Shown: positions 1 through 15,882, numbered from the stretch's first letter. The stretch: DNA of 64,000 nucleotides from an uncultured Planctomycetaceae bacterium (GCA_963815195.1 CAWFGE010000012.1:736001-800000); one strand, 5' to 3'. Notes: generated by a model from the letters alone, not told the origin. Numbers and translations: made by a program.

Positions 1-2
1 CT

Positions 3-680
3 TTGGACGGCAGCAACAAGCTCGGCACCATCGGGTTTCCGCTCCCGGACACCGAAGCCCGCATCATGGACATCGATGCCGGCGACCGCGAAATGCCCAT
101 CGGCGAAGTCGGCGAGCTCTGGGTCCGCGGTCCGCAGGTGATGCTGGGTTATTGGGAAAACGAAGACGAAACGAAAAAAGTCCTCGACGAAAACGGCTGG
201 CTCAAGACCGGCGACCTGGCCCTGCGGGACGAGGCCGGCTTTTACAAAATCGTGGACCGCAAAAAGGATCTGATCATCACGTCCGGTTTCAACGTTTACC
301 CCGGCGAGGTGGAAGAGGTGCTCAAGCAGCACCCCGACGTCGCCGACGCCGCCATCGTCGGCCGGCCCGATCCGAAGAAGGGTGAAATCGTAACGGCCCT
401 CGTGGTGATGAACAAAAACGCGAAGTTCAACGCCTCGAACTTGGAACACTATTGCAAGGAGCATCTTGCCGCCCACAAACGGCCGAAGGTATTCGAGGAA
501 GTTGAAGGGGCTTTGCCCAGAAACTTTTTGGGCAAGGTGTTAAGACGGCATCTGCGGGAACTGCCCGCCGGCGAATCGTTGCCGATGAACAGGGCCGACG
601 GGAACGAGAATTTGATCGATCCGCCAATCGTGGGCGGTTTGTTGCCGGAACTGCCAAGCGACCCCGGCGGCGAACGATGA
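3..680 (+). CDS. fadD: Long-chain fatty-acid--CoA ligase, C-terminal part (5' end outside window)
   Basis: AMP-binding motifs GELWVRGPQVMLGYW, GWLKTGD, DRKKDLI, LPRNFLGKVLRR; first gene of a beta-oxidation operon. Confidence 0.85.
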   Translation: MDGSNKLGTIGFPLPDTEARIMDIDAGDREMPIGEVGELWVRGPQVMLGYWENEDETKKVLDENGWLKTGDLALRDEAGFYKIVDRKKDLIITSGFNVYPGEVEEVLKQHPDVADAAIVGRPDPKKGEIVTALVVMNKNAKFNASNLEHYCKEHLAAHKRPKVFEEVEGALPRNFLGKVLRRHLRELPAGESLPMNRADGNENLIDPPIVGGLLPELPSDPGGER

Positions 681-726
681 TGGAAATTGAGGGGACAAAT
701 TCAACATTGGAAGAGGGAGACAGACA

Positions 727-2031
727 ATGGCAAGTCAAACCATGAAGCCGCTGGCGATTTTGGAAGGCGTGCGGACGCCGTTTGCGAAGGCCTACGGCAC
801 CCTGGCCCGCGTGCCGGCGGACGAACTCGGCCGGGTCGCGCTCGTGGAAGCGCTCAAGCGGTTGGAGATCAAACCGGAGCAGGTGGATGAAGTCGTCTTC
901 GGCAACGTGTCGGGGCCGGCGGAATCCAGCAACATCGCCCGCGTGATCGCCCTCAAAGCCGGCGTGCCCGAGGACCGCATCGCCCAGACCGTCAATCGCA
1001 ACTGCGCGTCGGGGATGGAATCGCTCGTCTCGGCGTGGCAGGCGATCGAAGAAGGCCGATCTCAAGTTATCGTCGCCGGCGGCACCGAAAGCATGTCGAA
1101 CATCCCTTTGATGTACGGCCGCAAGATGACCGAGATGTTCCTCGAACTCGGCCGGGCCAAAACCGGCTGGCAAAAACTGAAGATCCTCTCCCGCTTCCGC
1201 CCGGGATTCTTGAAACCCCGCGTCGGCGTGCGGTTGGGGCTGACCGATCCGGTTTCCGGTTTGAACATGGGCCAAACCGCCGAGGTGCTCGCCCGCGAGT
1301 TTTCCATCAGCCGGGAAGAGCAGGACCAGTTCGCGCTCGAAAGCCACAACAAAGCCCTCGCCGCCCAGGAACGCTGTTTCCTCTCCGGCGAGATCACGCC
1401 CGTTTCCGCAGACATCACCAAGACGCAGGCGGCCGAAAAAGACGACGGCCCGCGGGCCGGGCAGTCGCTCGAAAAACTCGCGAAGCTCAAACCGATCTTT
1501 GAAAAAGACGGCACCGTCACGCCGGGCAATAGCTGCCCGATCACCGACGGGGCCGCGGCGTGCGTGGTCACGTCGGCGGAACATGCGAAGTCGTTCGATG
1601 CGGAACCCTTGGGTTATATCCGCGGTTACGCCTTTGCGGGCTGCGATCCGAAACGCATGGGCCTCGGCCCGGTGTATGCGACGAGCCGATTACTTGCGCA
1701 GACGGGCATGAAGCTCAGCGATTTCGAACTGGTTGAACTCAACGAAGCCTTCGCCGCCCAGGTGCTCGCCTGCCAAAAGGCGATGGCTTCCGCGGAGTTC
1801 GCGAAAAAAGAACTCGGCCGAGGCGAACCGGTGGGCGAACTGCCGATGGACCGGCTCAATATCCACGGCGGCGCGATCGCCCTCGGCCATCCCGTGGGCA
1901 CCACCGGCACGCGGCTGATCATCACGCTGCTCCGATCCCTCAAAGAACAAGGCCTCAAACGCGGCCTCGCGACCCTCTGTGTCGGCGGCGGCCAAGGCGC
2001 AGCGTTCTGGCTGGAAACGAAACTCAATTAA
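727..2031 (+). CDS. Acetyl-CoA C-acyltransferase (3-ketoacyl-CoA thiolase, FadI/FadA-like)
   Basis: VNRNCASG active-site Cys, NEAFAAQ, GGAIALGHPVGTTG, CVGGGQG. Confidence 0.93.
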   Translation: MASQTMKPLAILEGVRTPFAKAYGTLARVPADELGRVALVEALKRLEIKPEQVDEVVFGNVSGPAESSNIARVIALKAGVPEDRIAQTVNRNCASGMESLVSAWQAIEEGRSQVIVAGGTESMSNIPLMYGRKMTEMFLELGRAKTGWQKLKILSRFRPGFLKPRVGVRLGLTDPVSGLNMGQTAEVLAREFSISREEQDQFALESHNKALAAQERCFLSGEITPVSADITKTQAAEKDDGPRAGQSLEKLAKLKPIFEKDGTVTPGNSCPITDGAAACVVTSAEHAKSFDAEPLGYIRGYAFAGCDPKRMGLGPVYATSRLLAQTGMKLSDFELVELNEAFAAQVLACQKAMASAEFAKKELGRGEPVGELPMDRLNIHGGAIALGHPVGTTGTRLIITLLRSLKEQGLKRGLATLCVGGGQGAAFWLETKLN

Positions 2032-2189
2032 GGCGAGCAGACCAACCTACGGTCGGTGCCCGCGTAAGCCCCCTGGTAACTCCCAATCAACAAAGACGGA
2101 CACTTTCGTAAATGTGAAATGAGATTCGTTCGATTTCGTTCGTGGAATGGCGTTCGACGTAACCAGGGGGCTGACACCCCCCGCTCGCC
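2032..2189. repeat. REP-like palindrome pair (GGCGAGC...GCTCGCC family)
   Basis: Begins ggcgagcag right after the thiolase stop and ends accagggggctgacaccccccgctcgcc; related copies at 4446, 6528, 21270 and 61485. Confidence 0.7.
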
Positions 2190-2216
2190 GGATAAATAGC
2201 GACAGGGAGAACAATC

Positions 2217-4443
2217 ATGGAACACACACTCAAAAACTTTCACGTGGAAACCGACGAGCGCGGCGTGGCGACGGCCCTCCTCGATGTGCCCGACCGCGGC
2301 ATGAACGTGTTCGAGCCCGGCGTGATCGAAGAACTCGAATCGCTGGTGTCCGAGTGGGAACGCGCGAAGGACGTCAAGGCGATCGTGTTTAAGAGCGGCA
2401 AAGCCAGCGGGTTTCTCGCGGGGGCCGACATCAACGTCATCGAGTCCATCCGCACCCCGGAAGAAGCGGACGCGATCATCGCCCGGGGGCAAAACTTATT
2501 CACGCGAATCGAGCGGCTGCCGATGCCGACGTTCGCAGTCATCCATGGCCCGTGCTTGGGTGGAGGGCTGGAGTTCGCGCTGGCGTGCAATTACCGCATC
2601 GCCCGCGACGACGGTGCCACCCGGCTGGGCCTTCCGGAAACGCAGCTCGGCGTGATCCCCGGTTGGGGCGGCACGCAGCGGCTGCCCCGTGTGGTCGGCA
2701 TCGTGAAAGCCTTGGAAATGATTCTGACCGCGAAGAAAGTTCCCGCCTCGGCCGCCAAGAAAATGGGCCTCGTCCACCTCGCCCCCTCGCCCGAGGAATT
2801 CGATCAGGCGGTCGCGGGCTTTGTCGAAACTGTGACCGCGAGTCCGTCGTCAGCAGCGGAGGTGACTCGTTCTCCCCGCCGTCCGTTGCTGGCGCGGCTC
2901 GTGAATCACACCCGCTTCGGTCGTTGGCTCGCGTTTAAAGGCACGCGGCAGCGGATCGCGAACCAGGCCCGGCATTATCCCGCGCTCGAAGCCGCGGTGC
3001 AAGCAGTCAAAGCCGGCTACCGCACGCCGGGCCAGGCGGGAATGGATGCGGAACGGGCCGCGTTTTGCAAGGTGCTGTTCACGCCGACTTGCCGGAACCT
3101 GATCGGTCTGTTCTTCCAGCGCGAAAAAGCGAGAAACGTCGCCACCTGGACGAAGGCGGAGGAGGAAGCCAAACCCGCGCCGATTGGAAAGCTCGGGGTC
3201 ATCGGCGGCGGGGCGATGGGCGCGGGCATCGCGCAGCTCGCGGCCTATCAAGGTTTGGAAGTCGTCCTGCGGGAGATCAATCAAGAGATGCTCGACGCCG
3301 GCATGGGCCGGATTAAAAAACTATTTGACGAAGCCGTGTCCAAGCGCCGCCTGAGCGCGGAAGAAGCCGCCGCCAAGCTCGCCGCCGTCACGCCGACTGT
3401 GGATTGGGCCCCTTTGAGCAAAGTGGACGCCGTGGTCGAAGCCGTCGTCGAGCGCGAAGACATCAAGCAGGATGTGTTCGGCGAATTGGAGCAGCACACC
3501 TCGCCCGAAGCGGTGCTCGCGACGAACACGTCTTCGCTGTCGGTCCGGCGGTTGGCGGAGCCGCGCGAGCATCCGGAACGTGTGGCGGGACTGCACTTCT
3601 TCAATCCCGTGCATCGCATGGAGTTGGTCGAAGTCGTCCGCACCGAATCCACGTCGCCGGCCGCCATCAGCCGATTGGTGCGGCTGGTGAAGAAGCTCGG
3701 CAAGACGCCGATCGTGGTCCACGACAGCCCGGGCTTCGTGGTCAATCGGATTCTGTTCCCCTATCTCGCCGAGGCCGTCCGCATGGTTTCAGAGGGCGAA
3801 GACGTGACCTGGATCGACCGCACGCTCAAACGCTTCGGCATGCCGATGGGTCCCTTAGAATTATTGGACCAGGTCGGTCTCGATGTCGCGGCTCATGTCG
3901 CGGGCAGCTTGGGCGATGTGATTCCCGATCCCGGCCCGACCGCGGAACGGCTCACCGCAATGGTGGAAGCCGGCTGGCTCGGCAAGAAGTCCCGCCAGGG
4001 GTTTTACGTCTATGAAAACGGCCGCAAAGGCAAGCCCACAATCTGGCCGGAAACGCAATCGGCCCTCGCACCGATCAACGCTCCGGAATCGTTCGCGACG
4101 GGATTGTCGCTGACGGAGCTGCGATTGGTGTTGCCGCTGATCAACGAAGCCGCGCGGTGCCTGGAAGAGCACATCGTCTCGGAGGCGTGGATGGTGGATT
4201 TGGCGATGGTGTTGGGCACCGGGTTCGCTCCGTTCCGCGGCGGACCGCTTGAAGCTGGCCGACAGTTTGGGCATCGCCAAGGTGGTCACCGATATGCAAA
4301 CGCTCTCCGAACTCTGCGGCGACCGGTTCGCCGTCTGCCCGCTGCTGTTGAATCTCAAGCAGCGCGAGGAAACGTTTTATTCCAAAGAACAGAAATCGAA
4401 AGATGAGAAAAAAGAACAAGAAAAGTTGAGCGTCAAAACTTAA
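2217..4443 (+). CDS. fadJ: Fatty-acid oxidation complex subunit alpha (enoyl-CoA hydratase / 3-hydroxyacyl-CoA dehydrogenase, FadJ-like); frameshift near 4250
   Basis: [57 protein letters not shown]-terminus continues in ORF 4249..4443. Confidence 0.88.
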
Positions 4444-4445
4444 AA

Positions 4446-4551
4446 GGCGAGCGGGGGGTGTCAGTGAGCCCCCCGGTGATACGGAATGTTTCAAAAGCTT
4501 CACAATTAAAACGTTCGCGAGTGACCAGGGGGCTCACGCCCCCCGCTCGCC
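4446..4551. repeat. REP-like palindrome pair
   Basis: ggcgagcggggggtgtcagtgagccccccggt ... accagggggctcacgccccccgctcgcc. Confidence 0.75.
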
Positions 4552-4571
4552 CTTGTAAGAGGAGAACAATC

Positions 4572-6518
4572 ATGAGTTTGGACACTTCGGACTTTAAAGA
4601 CACGTCCGCCGAGAACGCCAAGCCTGAAGAACAGGAAGTCTCCTTCGCGGAAACCGCGATGCGGCTGGGCAACAAGAGCGAGGACGAAGCCCGGCGAATG
4701 GGGGCGGTGGATTCCGCCGACGAGCAGGTCGAACGCCTGTTCGCGCCGGAGTACCAAACCGTGAACAGCCCGATCCACCGCGCGGTCTGGGACCGCGCGT
4801 TGCCCGTGGATTTGTTCCAAGGCCACGTCCCCGCACCGCCCCCGGAAGTCGAACGGGTGATGACTCAATCGCTCGACATCATTCGCCGGCGAAAACAGTC
4901 GGGGCGGATTCTCGACGAGCACAAGAAGATCTCCGAAGAAACGCTCGCCGAGTTGGGCGGGGCGGGCTATTGGGGGCTGTTGGTCTCGCCGGAGTACGGC
5001 GGCTCCGGGGCGGCGTTCGTCAACTTCGCCAAGTTCCTCACGCGGATGGCCACGCTCGATCCGACTGTGGCGGGATTGGCCTCGGTGCATGGCTGCATCG
5101 GCGCGGTCGATCCGGTGCGGTCCTTCGGCTCGCCGGAACAAAAACAACGCTTCCTCCCGAAGCTCGCCAGCGGTGAAACGCTCTCCGCGTTCGCTCTCAC
5201 GGAACCCAACGCCGGTTCCGACCTCACCGCGCTTCGCACGCAGGCGGTGCTCGACGGGGATGAATATGTCGTCAACGGCGAGAAGCTGTTTATCACGAAC
5301 GTCAGGCCCGGCCGCACGATCGGATTGGTCTGTCTGATCGAAGACAAGCCGGCGGTATTGATCGTCGATTTGCCCAAAGAAGAAAACGAGCATTTCCAGC
5401 TCAAGAAGTATGGACTTTACGCGCTCGAATATGCGCACAACTACGGCATTCTGTTTCGCGATTTCCGCGTGCCGGCCGAGAACCTGTTGGAGCCGGTCCG
5501 CGGCGATGGGTTGACGATCGCCTATCACGGTTTGAACCTGGGCCGAGTCGCGTTGTGCGCGAATGCCGCGGGCACGATGCGGATGATGCTCGCGAGCATC
5601 CTGCCTTGGGCCTGGCATCGCCGGACGTACGGCGAACCAATCGCCAGGCGGGAACTGGTCCGCCGGCGAATGGGCCGGATGGCCGGCCTGATCGTCGCCA
5701 GCGATGCGATGACCGAATGGTGCGGCTCGCTCTTGGATGCAGGTTTCCGCGGCGAGATGGAATGCATCATCGCCAAGATCTTCGGCAGCGAAGCCCAGAA
5801 GGAAGCCACCATCGAATTGTTGATGAAGACCCACGGCGGCCGGGCGTTTTTGCACGGGCATTTGTTCGGCGACAACGTGCACGATTTCCTCGCTCCCTGC
5901 ATCTACGAGGGCGAAGGCGAAATGCTCGGCATGGCGTTCTTCAAGTCGCTGGTCAAGCATCATGGCAAGCTGTTCTTCGAGCCCATCGGCCGGACGCTGC
6001 ATGCCGCGGGCATCCGCCAGCCGAACCTCGCGAACCCCGCCCATGCCTGGAAGCTCAAAGGTCCGCTGGCGAATTACGCGGGCTGGTTTTTGAAGGAGCA
6101 CGTCTCCCACAAATCGCACACCGGCCTCGAGAACATGCCCACAGCTCTCCGGCAGCACGCCGAGTTTGCGATCCATTCCCTGCAGCACGGGCGGTTTGAG
6201 ATCTCGGCGACGATGCGGAAGTATCAACTCAAACTCGCCGACCGCCAATGCCGGATGGCTGCGCTCTCCGCGTCGCTGCAGGATGCGGTCGTCATGCTCT
6301 GCACCAGCTTGTACGGGGCCCGCCAGGAGGATGAACTCACCCGGACCGCGGCGGAGACGATGTGTGAAAGTTTGAAGCTCAAACTCACCGGCGGCAAACC
6401 CGGCGACCGATACTTCCGCCAGATGACGGAACTCGGCAGCGCCATCGCCGACGGCGGCTTCCGCGCCATCGCAGGCATCGAACCGGAAGAGATTCTGATG
6501 TCGTATGAGAATGATTGA
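4572..6518 (+). CDS. Acyl-CoA dehydrogenase family protein
   Basis: [30 protein letters not shown]; start placed at the ATG following AGGAG. Confidence 0.9.
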   Translation: MSLDTSDFKDTSAENAKPEEQEVSFAETAMRLGNKSEDEARRMGAVDSADEQVERLFAPEYQTVNSPIHRAVWDRALPVDLFQGHVPAPPPEVERVMTQSLDIIRRRKQSGRILDEHKKISEETLAELGGAGYWGLLVSPEYGGSGAAFVNFAKFLTRMATLDPTVAGLASVHGCIGAVDPVRSFGSPEQKQRFLPKLASGETLSAFALTEPNAGSDLTALRTQAVLDGDEYVVNGEKLFITNVRPGRTIGLVCLIEDKPAVLIVDLPKEENEHFQLKKYGLYALEYAHNYGILFRDFRVPAENLLEPVRGDGLTIAYHGLNLGRVALCANAAGTMRMMLASILPWAWHRRTYGEPIARRELVRRRMGRMAGLIVASDAMTEWCGSLLDAGFRGEMECIIAKIFGSEAQKEATIELLMKTHGGRAFLHGHLFGDNVHDFLAPCIYEGEGEMLGMAFFKSLVKHHGKLFFEPIGRTLHAAGIRQPNLANPAHAWKLKGPLANYAGWFLKEHVSHKSHTGLENMPTALRQHAEFAIHSLQHGRFEISATMRKYQLKLADRQCRMAALSASLQDAVVMLCTSLYGARQEDELTRTAAETMCESLKLKLTGGKPGDRYFRQMTELGSAIADGGFRAIAGIEPEEILMSYEND

Positions 6519-6527
6519 CTGCGAAAA

Positions 6528-6664
6528 GGCGAGCGTGGGGCGTCCGCCCCATGTTTTCGCGGAATGGTTTACACGTACCCATTTTTCCAAGCGCAGAAGC
6601 TGTGAAAAAGGAAACCGAATTCAGCGTTCGCGAGTGATCAGCCGGCTGACGCCGGCCGCTCGCC
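6528..6664. repeat. REP-like palindrome pair
   Basis: ggcgagcgtggggcgtccgccccatg ... cagccggctgacgccggccgctcgcc. Confidence 0.7.
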
Positions 6665-6677
6665 TGGAGAATCTGCC

Positions 6678-7634
6678 ATGATTCAGAAACCGATTACGCT
6701 CGCGCTCGGCGGAGGCGGTGCGCGGGGGATTTCACATTTGGGAGTGATCGAAGGCTTAAAGGAAGCCGGGTTCGACGTCAGCCGCGTCGTGGGCGTGAGC
6801 ATCGGCAGCCTCGCCGGGGCCCTCTACGCGTTTTACCCCGACGTCAAGCCCATGATCGCCAAGGGCCTGGGTTATTTGCTTTCCGAATCGTTCCAGAACC
6901 ATCAGCAAACGCTCTTCGGGGCCCGCCGGAACTCGGATGAGACCGGCGGCGTGTTCTCGTGGTATTCGCGGGTGATGACGTACCTCAAGGCGAATCGCAT
7001 CTGGCATCGGGCGGTCACGCGGCCGTCGTTGTTGCCGGGGATCGTGATGCAGGACGTGGTGACGAACCTGCTGCCCGATGCCGACATCGCGGACGCCAAG
7101 ATCCCGCTGTCCATCGTGGCGATCGATTTGCACAGCGGGCATCAAGTGGTGCTCGAACGCGGTTCGGTCCGCGAAGCCGTGCGGGCGTCTTCGGCCATCC
7201 CGGGAATCTTTCCGCCGATCCAATGGGACAACATGCTCCTCGCGGATGTGGGCATGCTCTGCGCACTCCCCACGGTGATCGCCCAGTCCTACGGCAGCGG
7301 CCCGGTCGTCGCCGTGGATGTCAGTTCCCGCGTGAAGCATTTGGCCCACTGCGACACCGCGCTCGATGTGTTGATGCGGATGGACGAGATCGGCGAAGCC
7401 CTGTTCCGCAAGCACGTCACCGCCGCGGCGGATCTGGTCATCCGGCCGAACGTCGCCCACACCGAATGGTTCGATTTCTCCAATCCGGAAATGCTCATCA
7501 ACCTCGGCCGCAAAGCCGCGCGGCAATCGTGCTCGGCTCTGTCGGCACTCCTGCGAAACAACGGCACCGCCCCCAAGCCGAAACGGCCCAACCGCATCAA
7601 TGGAGAACCTGCGCCCGTCGATTATTCGGTCTGA
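6678..7634 (+). CDS. Patatin-like phospholipase
   Basis: LALGGGGARG, GVSIGS nucleophile elbow, ASSAIPGIFPP, DVG variant of DGG. Confidence 0.88.
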   Translation: MIQKPITLALGGGGARGISHLGVIEGLKEAGFDVSRVVGVSIGSLAGALYAFYPDVKPMIAKGLGYLLSESFQNHQQTLFGARRNSDETGGVFSWYSRVMTYLKANRIWHRAVTRPSLLPGIVMQDVVTNLLPDADIADAKIPLSIVAIDLHSGHQVVLERGSVREAVRASSAIPGIFPPIQWDNMLLADVGMLCALPTVIAQSYGSGPVVAVDVSSRVKHLAHCDTALDVLMRMDEIGEALFRKHVTAAADLVIRPNVAHTEWFDFSNPEMLINLGRKAARQSCSALSALLRNNGTAPKPKRPNRINGEPAPVDYSV

Positions 7635-7716
7635 CGGTTGTGAAGGAAAGAAACCCAAACCGACCCCTTGCGGCCGGTGAGCGACGCCCAACGCGTCGGC
7701 TTGTGCGGAGGAACTC

Positions 7717-8070
7717 TCAACCCCAGCGGACGCCGCAGTCGGCGAGGCCTTGGAGACTTCGCAAGTACAAATAGGTCTCCGCTTCTTCGCGGTCAAAGGG
7801 GGCCATCAGGGACACCTTGGCCCTTTTATAAAGTCCAATGCCCACGCCTTCGATGTCGTCCAGGCGTTTGAAGCACTCCGGGTTGACGTCCCAAAGTTCG
7901 CCTGTGATGCACCGTCCCTCGGGGGCTTCGACCAGCCCGGGAAAGTTGCCGACGTTATACATGCGGTAATGCGGCTCGGTTTGAGCCGGTCCCAAAAACC
8001 GCTGCCCTTGCAATGCCGCCGACCGGGAAAAGCCTCGCTTCAAAGTGCCGTACACGAACAACTTGGCCAT
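7717..8070 (-). CDS. Gamma-glutamylcyclotransferase family protein (AIG2-like)
   Basis: [22 protein letters not shown]. Confidence 0.88.
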   Translation of the reverse strand: MAKLFVYGTLKRGFSRSAALQGQRFLGPAQTEPHYRMYNVGNFPGLVEAPEGRCITGELWDVNPECFKRLDDIEGVGIGLYKRAKVSLMAPFDREEAETYLYLRSLQGLADCGVRWG

Positions 8071-8109
8071 CGAATCGATCCGGTGATGTTTCACAAGTAA
8101 GCCAGGAAC

Positions 8110-9603
8110 TCAGGCCAGGATGTCCTCGATGATGTGGCCGCGGTCGATGTCGAGGCGTTTGCGGCCGGGGATTTCCAATCGGCGGTTGTCGAGGCCCAAC
8201 AGATGGAGCACGGTCGCGTGCAGGTCGGTGACGTAATGCCCTTCGCCGAGGGCATTGTAGCCGAGCTCGTCGGTGGCTCCGTGGACCAAGCCTTTCTTGA
8301 GGCCCGCGCCGGCCATCCAAATCGTGAAGCCGTTGGGATGATGATCGCGGCCCGTTTTCCCGCCGCCGCGCTGTTCCATGCCCGGGCGTGCGTCCGAACT
8401 CGGTGCAGAACACGACGGTGACTTCGTCGAGCAGCCCGCGCTTCTTCATATCCTGCAATGAACCCGGCGACGGGCGGATCGACGGTGCCGCACAGCCGTT
8501 CGTGGTTCTTTTGGAGTTCGCGGTGCGAGTCCCAGACGCCGTACGAGGAGGGAAACACCTGCACGAACCGCACGCCGCGCTCCACCAGCCGCCGGGCCGC
8601 CAGCAGCCGCTGCCCCGCGAGTTGGGTCGCCTGGTTGTCGAGTCCGTAGAGCTGCGCGAGTGGCCTTCGTCTCCTGCGCAAAGTCGATCGCCTCGGGCAC
8701 CGCGGACTGCATGCGGAACGCCAATTCATAAGCCCGGATGCGGGCTTCGAGTTCCTGGTCTTCCGGGTATTCCACCGCCGATAGTTGGTTGAGCTGATGG
8801 ATCAGGTCGTACTCGTGCCGCTGCGCCGCCCGGCTTTGCCCCGCTTGTCTCGTGCCGAACGGAAGCGGGGTTTTGGGATCCAAGGTCAGCGGGACGCCGG
8901 CGTGCTGGGGCCCGAGATAGTTCGAATCGATCGACTGCCGGGTGTCGGAACGCGTGGGTCCGCCGAGCACGGCGAACTTGGGAAGGTTTTCGTTCAAGGT
9001 GCCCAAGCCGTAATGCGCCCAGGCCCCGATGCTCGGTTCCGGCGGGTCCAGCCGATGCCGGCCCGTGTGGATTTGATTTTCCGCCGCGTGATCGTTGTCG
9101 GTGGTCCACATGTTGCGGACGAAGCACAAATCGTCCACGCACTTCGCCAAATGCGGCCACCAGTCGGTGATCTCGATCCCGCTTTCGCCGTGCTTTTTCC
9201 AGCCGACCTGCATGGGATAGATCGTGGGATACACATCGCGGACGTTGACTTCCTCGGCCGGGACCGAGCGAAACCGCCTCTTCTGTAAGGGCGACAGGAC
9301 CGGGTTCTCGAACGGGGTCTTGTCGAAGGTTTTGCCCGCGTGTTGGTTGAGGGCCGGCTTGGGGTCGAAGGTCTCCAAATGGCTGTACCCGCCCGAGAGA
9401 AAAATCCACACAACCGACTTGGCCTTGGCCGGGTGATGCGGTGCCCAGGCGGTTTGCTCGGATGATTCGGCCGCCTTGAGCCGGCCGTCGTCCGCGAGCA
9501 TCGCCCCGAGCGCCAGCCCGGTAAAACCCAGGCCCAGATCGGACAGAAACACCCGCCGAGAGCACCCACAGCCCGAGGAATGATCTTGGTTCGCGTTCAT
9601 CAT
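8110..9603 (-). CDS. DUF1501 domain protein with Tat-like signal; about two frameshifts (~8660, ~8460-8385)
   Basis: SRRVFL signal, [44 protein letters not shown], spread over ORFs in different frames. Confidence 0.85.
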
Positions 9604-9604
9604 G

Positions 9605-13074
<3,470 letters not shown>

Positions 13075-13260
13075 GCCGGCTCGTTCTCCGTGCTTTGGCC
13101 AGTTCGGGAGAAAGCACATGGCGACATCGCCGCCCCGCGCATCGATTTCCAGCGGGCCTGTGTTTCAAAACGGCCCCGCTGCAATATATCAGCTCGAACT
13201 GATGCAAACAATCGGCCGCGGATGTTCGCGTTCCGGAGAACTCTCGGCCGGGGAGCAGCG

Positions 13261-13638
13261 CTATTTCCCGCCGAATCTCGCGGAGAATTCCTCTTCGAGC
13301 ACTTCCGCCATCCGCTGCCTGAGGGCATAAAACGCTTCGAGGAGTTCCACGGCCCGCGGCGTGAGGTCGCTGCGGTGGGCTCCCGTGCCGCCCACTTGGG
13401 TTTCCACCAGCGATTCGCCGATGGACTCCTCGGCCTCCTTGATCCGGCCCCAGACGTAGCGATAGCTTTTGCCCAGCTTGCGGGCGGCTTCCTTGATGGA
13501 CCCGGTCTCGCGGACCGCATCCAGCATCCGGCTGAGCCCGTGCCCGAATACATACTCCCCATCGAGCTCGAGCCAGACTTTGACTCGGGGCTGGATCGAC
13601 CCGGCCGCGCGGGCCGATCGTGATTTCGCTTTCCCCAC
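13261..13638 (-). CDS. Stand-alone ModE-type winged-helix regulator
   Basis: KVWLELDGEYVFGHG..LDAVRETGSIKEAARKLGKSYRYVWGRIKEAEE..VETQVGG; probable GTG start after GGGAG. Confidence 0.8.
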   Translation of the reverse strand: MGKAKSRSARAAGSIQPRVKVWLELDGEYVFGHGLSRMLDAVRETGSIKEAARKLGKSYRYVWGRIKEAEESIGESLVETQVGGTGAHRSDLTPRAVELLEAFYALRQRMAEVLEEEFSARFGGK

Positions 13639-14060
13639 GCTCCGCTCCCGCCAGAAGAGACGTCGTATTTGGGTCATTCGCGGGAAATGTGTCCGATTCA
13701 TTAGCCGCAGGGCGCTAGCCCCGGTTCAGGAATATACCGGATGCTCGCGCGGTTTGGCCGACGATCGCGCAGATTTCTCGAACGTTCCTTAAACCTCAAA
13801 CTGTAAGCGTTTGGGTGGCTGGGGCGCAAATCCCTTTTGGAATAAGGCTTGAACTACAAATGCTGGGGCTGTGGCCGGGCGAGAAAAATCTCACACGGCC
13901 CCAGGCCTCACGTCTGCTTTTTCCTCGGAACATTCCTTTGCGCCCCAGCCACCCCCTGCACTTTCGACTTACAGTTTGAGTTAAACCATATTCTATCGGC
14001 GACGTTTCCCGGATGCGAGCAGCGATTTGAACACCCGACCGGCCTGCGGTTCCGGGCGGG

Positions 14061-15597
14061 TTATTGTTGGTAGAGCGGGAGGTGCCGGTAGTAGACTTCC
14101 AGCGTGAGAATCGAGAGGCACGTGACATACAGCCGGCCTCCGTTGCTGCCCCATCGACAGTATTTCGCGTCCCAACTACCGGCTCCGTGGCCGGTTTGGG
14201 TTTGCGTGGCCACCAGGCGGCTGCGCATCCGCTCGTTCCAGGCGTCCCACCGCCGGCCGCCCCAGTGGTGGAGCACCTGGGTCGCGTAGTAGTTGTAATA
14301 CATGTCGTTGTCGTCCGGTCCCTTTTGGGCCAGATACAAAACGCCGTTCTGTAGCGCGACGCGGTTACTCCATCCCAAATACATCCGGCACAACAGTCCG
14401 ATGGCTGTTGTGGAAGGTTTCGCACCGTAGGATGTGTAGCCGTAGTTTGCCCCGCCGTTGGACTGCACGCTGTCGAGGAATTTCATCGTGCGGCCGCGCT
14501 GCGGCCGCCAATCCCCCAGCCCGGCGACCCGCCCGCTGGTCAAGGCCATCACCTGCCAGCCGACCACGGAGGTGTCCCCCTTTTCCCGGGGGCGATACCG
14601 CCAACCGCCGCCTTCGGGATCCTGGGCCTCGGCGATAAAATTCAGCGCCTCGCGGGCGGGGGATTCGAGAAAGTTATCCCGCGTCATGGCGTAGGCTTCC
14701 GCGAGCGCGATGCCCACGAAGCCTTGAATGTACATGCCGGGGTGCCGGCCGCCTTTTGTATAATCGCCGCCCACGCGCTTCCCGCCGCGCTGGCTGAGGA
14801 TATACCGAAGGCCGGCCCGCACCTGGTCTTTGTAGTCGCCTTCCTTGTGCGTATGCCCGGCCCCCAGAAAACACAACACGGCCATCGCCGTGGACCCCGC
14901 CGTCCAATCGCGGTGACTGCCCGTGCCTTGGCACGTCTCATCGCAGTCGGGACCGAGATGATCGAAACTCCAACTGCCATCGGGCCGCTGATGCCTTGCC
15001 AGCCACTTGAGCCCCTCGTCCACGGCCCGCTCGCTTTGCGGAGTCCCGCCGTACTGTTTGGCCATTTTCGCCCGCATTTTACCGCTGCGGGCGCCAAAGG
15101 ATTTTTTGAATCGCTCGCCGAACTCCGGAAAGGGACCGGTCACGACCCCGATCCCGCCCGCGACTTCCGGCAAGGTCGTCTCGGAAACGGCCGCCAACCC
15201 CGCGGCCGGCAGTTCGGCTGCCGGCGGCAAAATGTCCACTTTGGGAACCAGCGGCGGCGGTTCCACGTCCAATTCCTCGTGGGCTTCCGGCGCGTTCGCC
15301 GGATCGGGCTCGGGGGGAATCTCCGGCGGCTCGATTTCCGGGCCCAAATCCTCGTCCGGCCGCCGATCCAGGTCCTGAGCCGGCTCTTCCATCACAATCA
15401 CGGTGGAAACCGGCTCGGGCGATTCGGTCAGCGAACGATAAATCATCGTCGCCAGTATCAAAGCGAGACAGGCATGAAACAGGGCGGCTCACCAGAAAGG
15501 TTGCGACGAAGGTGCACAACGTCCGCAACCATCTGCGCCACCAGGCACGGTTCTCGACCTCATGAATTTCGGGCAGATCATCACGGGGAGAAATCAT
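14061..15597 (-). CDS. Membrane-anchored prenyltransferase/squalene-cyclase-repeat protein; frameshift near 15490
   Basis: GLKWLARHQRPDGSW and AQDPEGGGWRY QW-like repeats, GDTSVVGWQVMAL, LEVYYRHLPLY; N-terminal TM segment and Pro/Glu linker. Confidence 0.75.
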
Positions 15598-15882
15598 GTG
15601 CCGCCACCTTCCAGCACAGAAAACGTCGAACGACGACAACCGCAGAGACGCGGTTCGGATCTTCATCTCTTCCGTATCTTCCATCATAGGGGAAAAGCCT
15701 GACGGAACAAGTGCTGTATAAAGATGTGCAGACTGCTCCACGAGTGCGTGGCCCGATCCTTGCAGCGGAGAAGCCTCGGAGCACAGGCCTCTAAGAGAAA
15801 ACGAAAAGAGCCTGCCCATCCGGCAAACGGATAAGCAAGCTCTTGAAATCCGAAGCCGCCATTTTCAGCGGCGTCAATGATT

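Noticed and set aside
4506..6590. Long antisense ORFs (also 21661-22821, 38850-40385, 42470-43981, 54738-56756, 61574-63628)
   Set aside because: These are shadow or alternative-frame ORFs of well-supported genes, expected in high-GC DNA, and show no recognisable motifs.
14061..15597. Squalene-hopene cyclase / hopanoid biosynthesis gene
   Set aside because: It has a single barrel with a TM anchor and lacks the DXDD motif; it fits the generic planctomycete prenyltransferase-repeat proteins.
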